From an uncultured Candidatus Saccharibacteria bacterium (GTDB taxonomy: Bacteria > Patescibacteriota > Minisyncoccia > UBA6257 > WO2-44-18): a stretch of DNA of 64,000 nt. How positions within the stretch are numbered: the first letter of the stretch is position 1; every line of letters starts with the position of its first letter. The stretch covers positions 82,824 to 146,823 of the forward strand of contig CAZWVU010000002.1 of assembly GCA_964637575.1 (NCBI GenBank). Direction: 5' to 3'. This document shows, one piece after another, positions 17,839 to 27,214 of the stretch. A program made the translations under genes and the position numbers. Below the pieces are notes generated by a model. The model ran no database searches. It worked only from the letters and a program-made list of their open reading frames with translations, and was not told where the DNA came from.

Positions 17839-18315
17839 ATGACCACCGCAACCGTCCGGAAAGCCGAAGGCAGGGATCTCGGGCACGTAGTGGAGCTCGC
17901 CCGCATGATGGCCGAGTATCATCACGAACTGGATCCGTATTACAAACCGGGATCGTCTTATAAAAATTTGGAGCTTGATCTTGCCGAGGAACTTGAAGAC
18001 AAGGATTCGGCTATTTTGGTCGCGGAAATGGCCGGCCAGATTGTCGGCTACTTCCGGGGCATGATCGAGCCGGGACCGATGTATATCGCCGCCAAAAAAA
18101 TCGGCGTCATCAATGATCTCGTCGTCCGTCCCGACTTCCGCCGGAAGACGGTCGGCCAGCAGATCCTGAACGCGGCGATAGCATGGTTCGGCGACCGCGG
18201 CGTCAAAAATATTGAACTCAACGTGGACGCCCGCAACGAACCCGGCGTGAAATTCTGGCGCAAGAACGGTTTCTTTGACTACAAGATCCGGATGCGGCTG
18301 GATATCAAAAAATAA
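17839..18315 (+). CDS. GNAT family N-acetyltransferase
   Basis: Acetyl-CoA binding motif region VVRPDFRRKTVGQQIL; 158 aa. Confidence 0.75.
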   Translation: MTTATVRKAEGRDLGHVVELARMMAEYHHELDPYYKPGSSYKNLELDLAEELEDKDSAILVAEMAGQIVGYFRGMIEPGPMYIAAKKIGVINDLVVRPDFRRKTVGQQILNAAIAWFGDRGVKNIELNVDARNEPGVKFWRKNGFFDYKIRMRLDIKK

Positions 18316-18341
18316 AGACCCGCGCTAAGGCGGGTCTTTTG
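18316..18341. terminator. Bidirectional intrinsic terminator
   Basis: AGACCCGC-GCTAA-GGCGGGTCT followed by TTTT, lying between convergent genes. Confidence 0.6.
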
Positions 18342-18344
18342 ATT

Positions 18345-18923
18345 TCATCTGGCGGGAGGAAACACCTGTCTCACCTCTCCGCATTCCAGCATTTCCTTGC
18401 CGAAATACGGATTTCGGACCGGCCCTTCGCATTGCAGCCAACTGGCGCCGGTATTGTTAAACGCCATGCCGCAATACACCTGCTGCACCGGCCCCAGATA
18501 GGTATGACCGACCAGGGCGACCGCGAGCATCATCGAGTTTGAAATACCGGCAAAGTGGGCACGAAGTTCAATAAGATCAGCCCGCTTCGTGTACTTCGGT
18601 ATGTCGAGAAGATTCTTTCTGGCCAGCTCCCAGTCGGCTTTTTGCGGCGATTTGGAGACAAATACCACGTCGTTCATTTCCGCCACTGCCGACTCCCAAT
18701 TCTGTTCTGCCCGAAAGGCGGCGACCGCGTCGTCACCGGCCAGTGCCCGGCCCATCACAAAGTAATGGCCGAGAACATTGGAAACCGCCTGCCGGCACGG
18801 ACCAGGCATCGTATTGCCCTTGCGGCCGTCGGGAACCAGGAGGACCGCCAGTCCGGCCAGCGCGAACACAAGGCACGCTCCGATAATGAACCGCCGGAAA
18901 CCATTCTTCATACCGCACCTCAA
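18345..18923 (-). CDS. Secreted/membrane-anchored protein, possibly DUF3347-like metal-associated
   Basis: N-terminal TM. The C-terminal segment YCGMAFNNTGASWLQ ... NPYFGKEMLECGE resembles the CPMA ... NPY(F/Y)G ... CG end of DUF3347 proteins. Confidence 0.3.
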   Translation of the reverse strand: MRCGMKNGFRRFIIGACLVFALAGLAVLLVPDGRKGNTMPGPCRQAVSNVLGHYFVMGRALAGDDAVAAFRAEQNWESAVAEMNDVVFVSKSPQKADWELARKNLLDIPKYTKRADLIELRAHFAGISNSMMLAVALVGHTYLGPVQQVYCGMAFNNTGASWLQCEGPVRNPYFGKEMLECGEVRQVFPPAR

Positions 18924-19027
18924 AAAACTTTTTCCAGAATATTATAAAATTGCCGGCGGCGCAAGATTGATTGCGCTATTTCTTTAAAGGAGATACTCTT
19001 TAAAAAGCTTTTTCACAGGGGTGCGCT

Positions 19028-19387
19028 GTGATTCGTGCGCTTATAGTCATTTCCTTTTGCGTGCTCGGTCTTGGAGGCATACTGAATTTCGCGGTAATTG
19101 CCGCCAACGGCTGGCATATGCCGATTCTTGGAGGATTCGACGGAGAACCGGCCGGGGTATTCGGAATTTTCACCACCTGCGAACTCACTTCACACACCAA
19201 ACTTGCCGCGCTCGCCGACATCTATCCGGCGTGGTGGGGCTATATGCTCAGCATCGGCGACATTTTTATCCTAGTCGGCTCCGCCGGATTTATTTTGTTC
19301 ACCATCATCCTTCTTTGCGTCAGGAGAATCGTGAAACATGCGGCCGGGCGGATCAATGACGGCCCGTCGCCGTTAAAGCCTTTTTAA
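19028..19387 (+). CDS. Small polytopic membrane protein, hypothetical
   Basis: Three hydrophobic helices. The start is GTG as called by the ORF track. Confidence 0.4.
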   Translation: MIRALIVISFCVLGLGGILNFAVIAANGWHMPILGGFDGEPAGVFGIFTTCELTSHTKLAALADIYPAWWGYMLSIGDIFILVGSAGFILFTIILLCVRRIVKHAAGRINDGPSPLKPF

Positions 19388-19400
19388 CTGGAGGTGGGCG

Positions 19401-19754
19401 GTGGCATCGGAACTCAAGGTCGTTACCTGGATCTGGGAGCGGATTTCCGAACTGGAGTGGTATCAATCACCCCACGGCGGCTTCTTCGCCGTCATCAACG
19501 GCGTCCTAATCCATACCTCGGAAGCCGGGCTGTTACTTGCCAGGGGGCCGAAGCAGTGCAAAATCCCCCGTCCTCAAGAATCCCGAAAAATTATGGACGC
19601 CGTGGATGAAATGTTGAAAGCCCGGCGGGAAATGATGATCGAAATCCATCGCGCGGCTTCGCAGCAAGTTATCAGGCAGGTCGAAGACCCGAAGGCGCAC
19701 AATGACCGGATGCGCCGGGAGCTTTTCCGGGAACTCAGCGGTGAAATTTTCTAG
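19401..19754 (+). CDS. Hypothetical protein
   Basis: Intact 117-aa ORF in an operon-like position, with no recognisable motifs. Confidence 0.35.
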   Translation: MASELKVVTWIWERISELEWYQSPHGGFFAVINGVLIHTSEAGLLLARGPKQCKIPRPQESRKIMDAVDEMLKARREMMIEIHRAASQQVIRQVEDPKAHNDRMRRELFRELSGEIF

Positions 19755-19811
19755 TTTCAAGCGGCCATGACCATGGTCGCTTTTTTGTTCTATACTTGAT
19801 AGAGTACGGCA

Positions 19812-20777
19812 ATGCTGGTTGATGATGTAACAATAAAAATAGCGGCGGGCAAAGGCGGCAAAGGAGCCGTGGCCTTTGAGAAGAATAAATTCGCTCTGGG
19901 GCCGACCGGTGCCCGCGGCGGCGACGGCGGCAATGTGTATTTCGAAGCGGTTTCCGATTTCTCCGCGCTCAACAAATTCCGTAATCAAAAGGACTGGGCG
20001 GCCGTCAACGGCCAGGAGGGACGGAGCCAGTACCGCGACGGGAAGGTCGGCGAAGACCTGGTATTGCGGGTGCCGGTGGGTACCGTAATCCACAATCTCG
20101 AAACCCGCCACCAGGAGGAGCTTGTGCGGATCGGCGACCGGGTGCTGATCGCGAAAGGCGGCCGTGGCGGCAAGGGGAATTTTTTCTTCCGCTCCCCCAC
20201 CAACACCAGTCCGGAAAATTTTGAATACGGCCAGCCCGGCGACAAATTCACGATCCGCCTCGAACTGAAACTGATCGCCGATATCGGCATCGTCGGGCTT
20301 CCCAATGCCGGCAAGTCCAGTCTTTTGAACGAACTGACCAAAGCGCAGGCCAAAGTCGCCAACTATCCCTTCACTACGCTTGAGCCGAATCTCGGCGTCT
20401 ATAAAAATCTCGTGCTTGCCGATATTCCCGGATTGATCGAGGGCGCCTCGGAAGGCAGAGGTCTCGGCACGAAGTTCCTCCGACATATTGAACGCACGCG
20501 CGTGTTATTCCATCTCGTTTCGGCGGAATCGGAGCATGCCGTAAAGGACTACAAAACAATCCGTAAGGAACTCGGCGCCCACAATCCGGAACTGCTGGAA
20601 AAACCGGAATATATCTTTGTAAGCAAAAATGACGCGATTGACCCTAAACAGCTGAAAAAAGAAGTGACGGCGTTGAAAAAACTCAATTCCAAAGTAACAC
20701 CCATCTCCATTCACGACTGGGAAAGTCTGGAAAAAGTTAAAAAGGTTTTGGATTCGCTTTCGAAGAAGAAGGGGTAG
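19812..20777 (+). CDS. obg: GTPase Obg/CgtA
   Basis: Gly-rich Obg fold (GKGGKGAVAFEKNKFALGPTGARGGDGGNVYF) followed by a GTPase domain with GLPNAGKSSLLN and DIPGLIEGA. Confidence 0.95.
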   Translation: MLVDDVTIKIAAGKGGKGAVAFEKNKFALGPTGARGGDGGNVYFEAVSDFSALNKFRNQKDWAAVNGQEGRSQYRDGKVGEDLVLRVPVGTVIHNLETRHQEELVRIGDRVLIAKGGRGGKGNFFFRSPTNTSPENFEYGQPGDKFTIRLELKLIADIGIVGLPNAGKSSLLNELTKAQAKVANYPFTTLEPNLGVYKNLVLADIPGLIEGASEGRGLGTKFLRHIERTRVLFHLVSAESEHAVKDYKTIRKELGAHNPELLEKPEYIFVSKNDAIDPKQLKKEVTALKKLNSKVTPISIHDWESLEKVKKVLDSLSKKKG

Positions 20778-21372
20778 GCCAGAATATTTTTACCAGCTGG
20801 CAGGAAATAACCGCCACCAGCACTCCGACCACCACATCGATCAGATAGTGTTGTTTCACCGTAAGCGTCGACATGCTGATCGCGGCGCCCCAGGCCGCGT
20901 AGACCGCGAAGGCGGTTTTTTTAAGATAGGGGTAGGCCATAATGGTCAGCGTCACCGCCGCCACCACATGGCTGCTGGGAAACGTATTATTGGGAAGATC
21001 GGTCGCGTAGACTTTTTTCAGAATATAATCGGACCAGCTGGACCGGGCTTCGGCGGCGCTGATGGTCGGGCGCGGATACGCGGAAGGAATGATGATATGG
21101 ATAGTGAACGTGATCGCAAACGCCAGCGCCACCGCGGCGATAATCCTTGAATATTGCCGGACATTCACATTTCTCGAAAGAATCAGCGGCAGCCAAAAAA
21201 AATAAATGGTGACATAGAAAATTACCGTTGCCGGCATGAACGGGATCCACATATCAATCGGGGTTTCGAGCGAATGATTGAAACTACGCCGGAGCGTTTC
21301 CACGCCGATCAACCGGTACGCGATAAAGATCAGTCCGATCGTCGCGATAAAAATAAGCCACTTCTTTGCCAT
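20737..21372 (-). CDS. PAP2-family membrane phosphatase
   Basis: PSSH and (S)...HYLID motifs are present, with 5-6 TM helices. The start is placed at the ATG at 21372 (MAKKWLIF). Confidence 0.7.
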   Translation of the reverse strand: MAKKWLIFIATIGLIFIAYRLIGVETLRRSFNHSLETPIDMWIPFMPATVIFYVTIYFFWLPLILSRNVNVRQYSRIIAAVALAFAITFTIHIIIPSAYPRPTISAAEARSSWSDYILKKVYATDLPNNTFPSSHVVAAVTLTIMAYPYLKKTAFAVYAAWGAAISMSTLTVKQHYLIDVVVGVLVAVISCQLVKIFWPTPSSSKANPKPF

Positions 21373-21416
21373 ATTATTCGAAATTATAATACCAGAAAAA
21401 ATCTTTTTTGTCCCGG

Positions 21417-23276
21417 CTATTGTGCGCCGGTGCCGATCAGGCAGATCCTCTGCCAGGGCTGATACACACTGTGGAATTCCTGCTGCCTGGTCGTGCCGTC
21501 CGCATACCGGACAGTAGAGGTGGCATCGGCGGTAACTCCTTTGCGCGGCGTCTCGCTGCATTTGGTTTCACCCGCCGGAAGATCGGAAGTCGCGGTGTAT
21601 TTGGTGGGCGGCGCCGGTATGACGTTGGAAATTACCGGATCGGACACCTCCGCCGAACGCCCGTCCCGCGTCCCGTACAACTCAAACACCACTTCGGTTC
21701 CCTCCGTCCGCCCCTGAAGCAGAATGTAGTTACCCGTGTCATTGACGAAACGCAGATCGGGTTCCGGCCCGTAAATGGTCGCGTCCAGCCCGGGGCCGTA
21801 ATAGGACACCACATAGCGGTGGTTGGTCCGGTCGGTAATCGGCAGGCCGGCGTTCAGCGCCATCCGGAAAAGTGTGGTGGCAAGCTGGCAAAGTCCCCCG
21901 CCAAGTTCTTTAACGCTTTTGTTGTCTTTAATGACGTATTCTTTGACGAATCCGGTTTCTTCAGTGACGGGACCGATACCGTTAACCGCGGAAAATTTGG
22001 CGCCGGGCGGAATGAGCATCCCGGTCAGCTTGGAAATTCCTTCGTCTATATTATGGATGCGATCCGCGCTGCTTCCCTTGAACCCTGTTCTCGCCACTCC
22101 CACGAGGTCGCGGATGTGATACTGATCGATCGTTTTCCGGGTGATTTTCGGATCCGCCTGGCTTATCTGGATCGGGACCTCGATGTCGCCCGTCTGCGCC
22201 CGGAAATTGGCGATATCCGACACCGATGCGAGCGCCAGCGGCAGATTTTCATTGTTCATCGCGTAGGAACGCTGGGTATTCACCACCAGCTCTTCCACTT
22301 TCTGCGCGGTTTTTTTAACATCCACCACATTCCCTGATTTTCCGGGAACAATTTCGGTCAGTGTTCCATCCCGCATTTCAAAACGGCTGTCCACCGGCGG
22401 ATCGTCGATCGCCGCCGCCACTGTGCCGGAAAGAAAGTTTTCCAGAGGGCCACTGTCCACGCCGATGGTATTATCCGCCTTTAATGTCAGCCAGGTGACC
22501 CAGGTGTAGCCTCCCACCCGCCAGCGGTGTTGTTGGTAATAAAATACAATCCGAGTGGTGCGGGCCAGCTGTTGGGCGAATGAAAGGAACGGTTTTAATT
22601 TTTCCGCGGTAACCGCCGGCGCGTCCGTAGCTGCGGTAAATTCCAGAACCGAAGTATCGGCGCGGGCGAGCTGCCCCCGTAGCCCGTCCATTATCGTTTC
22701 CTCCGGAATCACTTCCCCGATTTTTTCCTTGGTAATGGCAACGCCCGATCCGAACGGCGCAAACCTTGCCGGCACGCTTTCCTGAACGAATCCTTTTATT
22801 TCACGGGAAAGAAGGGACTGGACAGCCGCGTCATGAAGTCCCGCGGGCAGAGGAAAATCTTTTTGGCCAAACAAAAGCCGGAATTGCTCGGAAAATCTCC
22901 GCGGCAGAGAACCCGCGCGCCCCCATACATATGCCGATCTGACCGTGGCCTCCCAGTCTCCGAGGGAAAAATATTCGACGGAGTTGTCGGCAGTTAGACC
23001 GCTGCTGGACATGGGGATTTTCACGGACTTGGCGCCGTTCATTCCCTTAAGCGTAAGCGCGAGCCCCTGCGCCCCCAGCGCGTCCACTTTCTTTTCAAAT
23101 GCATCGCGCGCCTCTTCATATGTCTGCCCGCTTACCGCCACTCCTCCTATGGTTACCCGCGGATAAAAACGCCCCCGATAACCGGCCTCGACCGACACGA
23201 TAACCACTCCCACCGTCGCAATAAAGATGAGAAGGACCGCCAGTTCAATTCCGCGTATCCGCCGCAGCATGTTCAT
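21417..23276 (-). CDS. VanW-family protein
   Basis: N-terminal TM, then a VanW-like core with GGGLCQLATTLFRMALNAGLPI; 619 aa. Confidence 0.65.
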   Translation of the reverse strand: MNMLRRIRGIELAVLLIFIATVGVVIVSVEAGYRGRFYPRVTIGGVAVSGQTYEEARDAFEKKVDALGAQGLALTLKGMNGAKSVKIPMSSSGLTADNSVEYFSLGDWEATVRSAYVWGRAGSLPRRFSEQFRLLFGQKDFPLPAGLHDAAVQSLLSREIKGFVQESVPARFAPFGSGVAITKEKIGEVIPEETIMDGLRGQLARADTSVLEFTAATDAPAVTAEKLKPFLSFAQQLARTTRIVFYYQQHRWRVGGYTWVTWLTLKADNTIGVDSGPLENFLSGTVAAAIDDPPVDSRFEMRDGTLTEIVPGKSGNVVDVKKTAQKVEELVVNTQRSYAMNNENLPLALASVSDIANFRAQTGDIEVPIQISQADPKITRKTIDQYHIRDLVGVARTGFKGSSADRIHNIDEGISKLTGMLIPPGAKFSAVNGIGPVTEETGFVKEYVIKDNKSVKELGGGLCQLATTLFRMALNAGLPITDRTNHRYVVSYYGPGLDATIYGPEPDLRFVNDTGNYILLQGRTEGTEVVFELYGTRDGRSAEVSDPVISNVIPAPPTKYTATSDLPAGETKCSETPRKGVTADATSTVRYADGTTRQQEFHSVYQPWQRICLIGTGAQ

Positions 23277-23301
23277 ATATCCATTATATCCGATTGGCTT
23301 T

Positions 23302-25641
23302 TTAAAGCTTGTTTAACAATGGTATGGCCGCCCGCAGATCGGCCCGCGCGTTCCGCATCGGCGACCAGACATCGCCAAGCTTTTTGATCCGCGCCGGCAT
23401 GGTGCGAATGTTGAATCTTCCCGGATTAAGGCGGGCGGTCACCTCCGTCCAGCGTAAAGGAGCTGATGCGAGCGCGCCCGGAACAGGCCGGAGACTGTAC
23501 GGCGCCGCCTGGGTTTTCTCGCGGCTGTTTTGAAGGTAGTCTATATACACTTTTTTCTGCCGGTGTTTTGGCAGACGCTCAAGACTAGTAAAATCCCTGG
23601 TGTTCGCGTGCACAATCGTCGCGACCAGTTCCGCGAAATCACCGGATTCTTCGAACGTATACCGGGCGCCCAGGGGTATATATATGTGGATTCCCCGCTT
23701 TCCGGAGGTCTTCGGAAAATGCGGAACGCCGGCGGCCTCCAAAACGCTGTGAATGGCCCGCGCCGTTTTTACCACGAAGGAAAAATCGATATCCTCCGGG
23801 TCGAGATCCAGAATGCAGTAATCCGGCCGGTCCAGACTTCCCACGCGCGAACTCCACGGGTTGATTTCAATGCACCCAAGATTCACCATGTACAGCACTG
23901 AATCGATGCCGTCGCACACCAGATATTCGACCGTCTTTTGATTGCTCTTCGAATACACGGACACGGTCTTGATCCAATCCGGCGCGATCGGCCCCACATT
24001 CTTATGATAGAAATGCATTCCGTTGATACCTTCGGGAAAACGGTTCAACGATTGCGGCCGGTTCAGTACATACGGAAGCAGCACCCCGCTTACCGCGCGG
24101 TAATAATCCGCGACGTCGCCTTTGGTGTATCCTTCCTCCGGCCAGAAAATCTTGTCGGCGTGATGAATGATAAATTCGGGACTGTTTTTTACCGGCGTTT
24201 CCCTGACCACTTTTTTGGGATCCTTATCTTCACGAAGGCCCACGAAGATCGGCTGGCGCATATGTCCTGTTTCTGTCCATTCCCGGAAGGTGATCTCGGC
24301 CACCAGCTTCGGAGTAAGCCAATGAACCGGCGCGTTTGTTTTCGGCGGATTCCCGAAGGGGGATTTTTTTGTTTCGAGCGGCGCCAGCCGCCTGCGCAAA
24401 AGTTCCAAATTCCCGAGCTTCCCTCCCGTGTGCCCGACATAGCGCAGCGTGCCGTCCCGGTCGTATACGCCCAGCACAAGGGCGCCGAGAAATTTCCGGC
24501 CGCCGCGGGGTTCCGTGAATCCCGCGATTACCGCTTCCTGCCGCGGATGGGTTTTGATTTTCAGCCATTCCCGGCTCCGCACTCCCGTCAGATATGCGCT
24601 CGCCCCGTTTTTCGCAATGATTCCTTCAAGGCCGGCCTTTTCCGCTCCCCGGAAAAGCTCCTTTCCCGATTCCTCCACGTAGTCATTGAAAAAAATCGAG
24701 AGGGTCTTTCTGGGGATTACGTTCCGGAGAAGTTCCTTCCGCTCGGCGAGCGTTTTACGCCGCACGTCCTCCCCGTCCAGTTCGAGAATGTCGAATACGT
24801 AATAGCGGAGCGCGCCGTTCCCGCTTTTCAGATAATTCTGCAGTAACTGGAATGACGGCCGTCCCTGGGTATCAACTACCACGATCTCCCCGTCCAGCAC
24901 TGCTTCGAGGCGGAACGTTTCGAGCTCCCGGACGATCGGATCGAACTCGGCGGTGAAATTGCTGGCGCCGCTCCGCGAGTAGAGCGTGACGTGTTTATTC
25001 CTGCAGACCGCAACGGCCCGGAACCCGTCCCATTTCGGCTCGAAGATCCATCCCTTCCGGTTGAACGGCCCCTCTGCGAGCGAAGCCAGCATCGGCTTGA
25101 TGGGAAGCGAAAGCGACGGGGCCACCCGGGGCGCCCGGACGGCGGCCTCGTCGTGCTTCTTGATGAGCAGCCAGGTGTTTTTCCCGGCGCCCGCCATCCG
25201 CACCAGCGTGAAGGTTCCTTTCAATTTTTTTCCTTCAAGAAAGAAATCGATGTGGCCTTTTTTCAGACCGTTGAGCGCCGCAGCCTCGGTCTCCTTCGGA
25301 TCTTCGCCGCCGGGAAGATGATAGGTTCCCGAATCCCAGACGGAAACCAGTCCGGCTCCGTAGTTTCCCTCCGGGATGACGCCTTCGAACGTCCGGTATT
25401 CGAGCGGATGATCCTCGGTCATAACCGCCAGTCGCTTTTCATCAGGATCCCGCGAAGGACCTTTGGGCACCGCCCAGCTTTTCAAAACGCCGTCCATTTC
25501 CAGCCGCACATCATAGTGCACGCGCGACGCGTAATGCTTTTGCACCACGAAACGCAGCGGTCCGGCGCGGTGCGTCCGCCGGCCGGCCGGCTCGGGAGTT
25601 TTCGCGAACGCTCGCTTTCTCCGGTACTCCTTCAGCGCCAT
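23302..25641 (-). CDS. ligD: Multidomain ATP-dependent DNA ligase LigD (phosphoesterase-ligase-polymerase/primase order)
   Basis: PE domain HYDVRLEMDGVLKSWAVPKGPS, a ligase core with K-x-DG-type adenylation region (EPKWDGFRA), and a C-terminal primase-polymerase (LigD Pol) domain. The start is assigned to the ATG at 25641 (MALKEYRRKRAF). Confidence 0.9.
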   Translation of the reverse strand: MALKEYRRKRAFAKTPEPAGRRTHRAGPLRFVVQKHYASRVHYDVRLEMDGVLKSWAVPKGPSRDPDEKRLAVMTEDHPLEYRTFEGVIPEGNYGAGLVSVWDSGTYHLPGGEDPKETEAAALNGLKKGHIDFFLEGKKLKGTFTLVRMAGAGKNTWLLIKKHDEAAVRAPRVAPSLSLPIKPMLASLAEGPFNRKGWIFEPKWDGFRAVAVCRNKHVTLYSRSGASNFTAEFDPIVRELETFRLEAVLDGEIVVVDTQGRPSFQLLQNYLKSGNGALRYYVFDILELDGEDVRRKTLAERKELLRNVIPRKTLSIFFNDYVEESGKELFRGAEKAGLEGIIAKNGASAYLTGVRSREWLKIKTHPRQEAVIAGFTEPRGGRKFLGALVLGVYDRDGTLRYVGHTGGKLGNLELLRRRLAPLETKKSPFGNPPKTNAPVHWLTPKLVAEITFREWTETGHMRQPIFVGLREDKDPKKVVRETPVKNSPEFIIHHADKIFWPEEGYTKGDVADYYRAVSGVLLPYVLNRPQSLNRFPEGINGMHFYHKNVGPIAPDWIKTVSVYSKSNQKTVEYLVCDGIDSVLYMVNLGCIEINPWSSRVGSLDRPDYCILDLDPEDIDFSFVVKTARAIHSVLEAAGVPHFPKTSGKRGIHIYIPLGARYTFEESGDFAELVATIVHANTRDFTSLERLPKHRQKKVYIDYLQNSREKTQAAPYSLRPVPGALASAPLRWTEVTARLNPGRFNIRTMPARIKKLGDVWSPMRNARADLRAAIPLLNKL

Positions 25642-25642
25642 A

Positions 25643-26416
25643 TTACGTGTTGACCCGCCGGCGTTCGATGCTGCGCCGCAGAAGTGCGGCAAGATCCTTG
25701 GCGTGGGTGGGTTTCGCCGGTCCCTCCTTGGCGGGCGGTTTTTGTCCGCGCGCTTTTCTCCTGATTACCTCGCGCAGTTCGGCAAGATACGTGTCTTTGA
25801 ATTCGCTGCCCCGGAAAGGCTTGCTAAGTTTCTGAATCAGCTGGGTAGCCATCTCAAGCTCCGCATTGCTTACCTGCTCCTTTTTCGGCAGATTGAGTTT
25901 GCTTGCCGGCTCAACTTCTTCCGCGTAGCGCATCTGGTTCAATACGAGCGCCTTGCCTTCCGCGGTTAACGCGCCGAGATGCTGCCGGTTGCGGATGACG
26001 AAGGTGGCGATTCCCACCGTTCCCGTTTTTCTGAGCGCTTCCTGGAAAAGGACGTAGGCCTTTTCGGCTCCTTTCTCCGGCTCGATATAATATGGTTTTT
26101 CGAAATATTTCGGATCGATTTCCTTGAGTTTGGAAAAGCTGTGAAGGGTGATGGCGCTCGTTTTTTTCGGGTTCGCGTTTTTGAAATCCTCATCGGTGAG
26201 CACGATGTACCGGTTTCCGTATTTGAAACCCTTCACGATATCTTCGTAAGGAACTTCCTTTTGCTCATCTTTACAGACGCGGGCGTATAGGATCGGCGAA
26301 AGGTCGGCGCGGTGCAGCATATCCAGATCCAGTTTTTCTTCCGGAGACGCGCTATAGAGCCGAACAGGGATGTTCACCAATCCGAAGCTTATTGATCCTG
26401 ACCATAGCGATCTCAT
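25643..26416 (-). CDS. ku: Ku protein (NHEJ)
   Basis: Canonical Ku N-terminus MRSLWSGSISFGLVNIPVRLYSA. The gene abuts LigD. Confidence 0.95.
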   Translation of the reverse strand: MRSLWSGSISFGLVNIPVRLYSASPEEKLDLDMLHRADLSPILYARVCKDEQKEVPYEDIVKGFKYGNRYIVLTDEDFKNANPKKTSAITLHSFSKLKEIDPKYFEKPYYIEPEKGAEKAYVLFQEALRKTGTVGIATFVIRNRQHLGALTAEGKALVLNQMRYAEEVEPASKLNLPKKEQVSNAELEMATQLIQKLSKPFRGSEFKDTYLAELREVIRRKARGQKPPAKEGPAKPTHAKDLAALLRRSIERRRVNT

Positions 26417-26422
26417 ACTCTC

Positions 26423-26474
26423 TTTTCATCGTATCACGGGAAAAACCGGCCCGGCGTTCGTGATACGATGAAAA
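26423..26474. promoter_or_regulatory. Palindromic divergent promoter: two 16-nt inverted arms (TTTTCATCGTATCACG / CGTGATACGATGAAAA), each carrying an extended -10 TGaTACGAT facing outward
   Basis: Perfect inverted repeat with a 20-nt GC-rich spacer. It lies between divergent ku (minus) and the small ORF at 26513 (plus). Confidence 0.5.
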
Positions 26475-26512
26475 TATAAGGACAAAAGTCGATTATACTT
26501 TTAAAACATTAC

Positions 26513-26704
26513 ATGGCAGAACATCACGATCATGACGAGCATGCGGATGACGCTACCGCGACGGTGCTTCTGGTAATTCTGATTATTATAGTAGTGGCGT
26601 TTGGCGTATATTTCCTGGTGCAGGGAAGATTTTTCCCGTCCGCCGCGCCGAACAACAGCGGTATTGAAGTGAAGGTGAACCTTCCGCCGAAGAACAGCTA
26701 CTAA
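26513..26704 (+). CDS. Small membrane protein with acidic His/Asp N-terminus
   Basis: MAEHHDHDEHADD followed by one TM helix. Confidence 0.35.
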   Translation: MAEHHDHDEHADDATATVLLVILIIIVVAFGVYFLVQGRFFPSAAPNNSGIEVKVNLPPKNSY

Positions 26705-27204
26705 CGCACCTCTAGAATGCGGTAGGGCTTAAACCCGCCCGTAGTCGGGACGTTCACGGTATCGCCTGCTGCGTGGCCGAGCAACGCGGCGCCGAGGGGC
26801 GACCGGTCGGAAATCCGCCCTTTTTCCGGATCGGTTTCCTGGGGTCCGACAATTTGAAATATTTTTTGCGCGGTACCGGCCTCCAGCACCACCGTTGATC
26901 CGATTTTCACCCGGCCGGAAATATCGGGGCCGGACTCAATGACCACGGCGCGCTTAATCTGGTCCTCAATGCTCAAAATCTGCCGGTGTGCGGAGCGCAA
27001 TTTCCCTTTGGCGTCTTTATATTCGGCATTTTCAGAACGATCGCCATAATCGGCGGTACGCTTGGCCTCATTGGCCAGTTCCGGAATGGAAGCCTTAAGA
27101 CGCGCCAGGCGGTCTTTCAGACGCTGAAGTCCTTCCCGGGTAAGATGAACCGGACTGGTGTCCCGCACCTTCAGTTTTTCGTCCGCGCGCTTCGGTATCT
27201 GCAT
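26701..27204 (-). CDS. greA: Transcription elongation factor GreA
   Basis: Coiled-coil N-terminus and an FKBP-like C-terminus (SENAEYKDAKGKL ... VVIESGPDISGRVKIGSTV). Confidence 0.9.
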   Translation of the reverse strand: MQIPKRADEKLKVRDTSPVHLTREGLQRLKDRLARLKASIPELANEAKRTADYGDRSENAEYKDAKGKLRSAHRQILSIEDQIKRAVVIESGPDISGRVKIGSTVVLEAGTAQKIFQIVGPQETDPEKGRISDRSPLGAALLGHAAGDTVNVPTTGGFKPYRILEVR

Positions 27205-27214
27205 ATAGCAGATT

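Noticed and set aside
19533-20486. 317-aa minus-strand ORF
   Set aside because: Antisense to obg, whose Gly-rich Obg fold and G-domain motifs are unambiguous.
21408-22337. 309-aa plus-strand ORF
   Set aside because: Antisense to the VanW-family gene. No motifs and a basic low-complexity translation.
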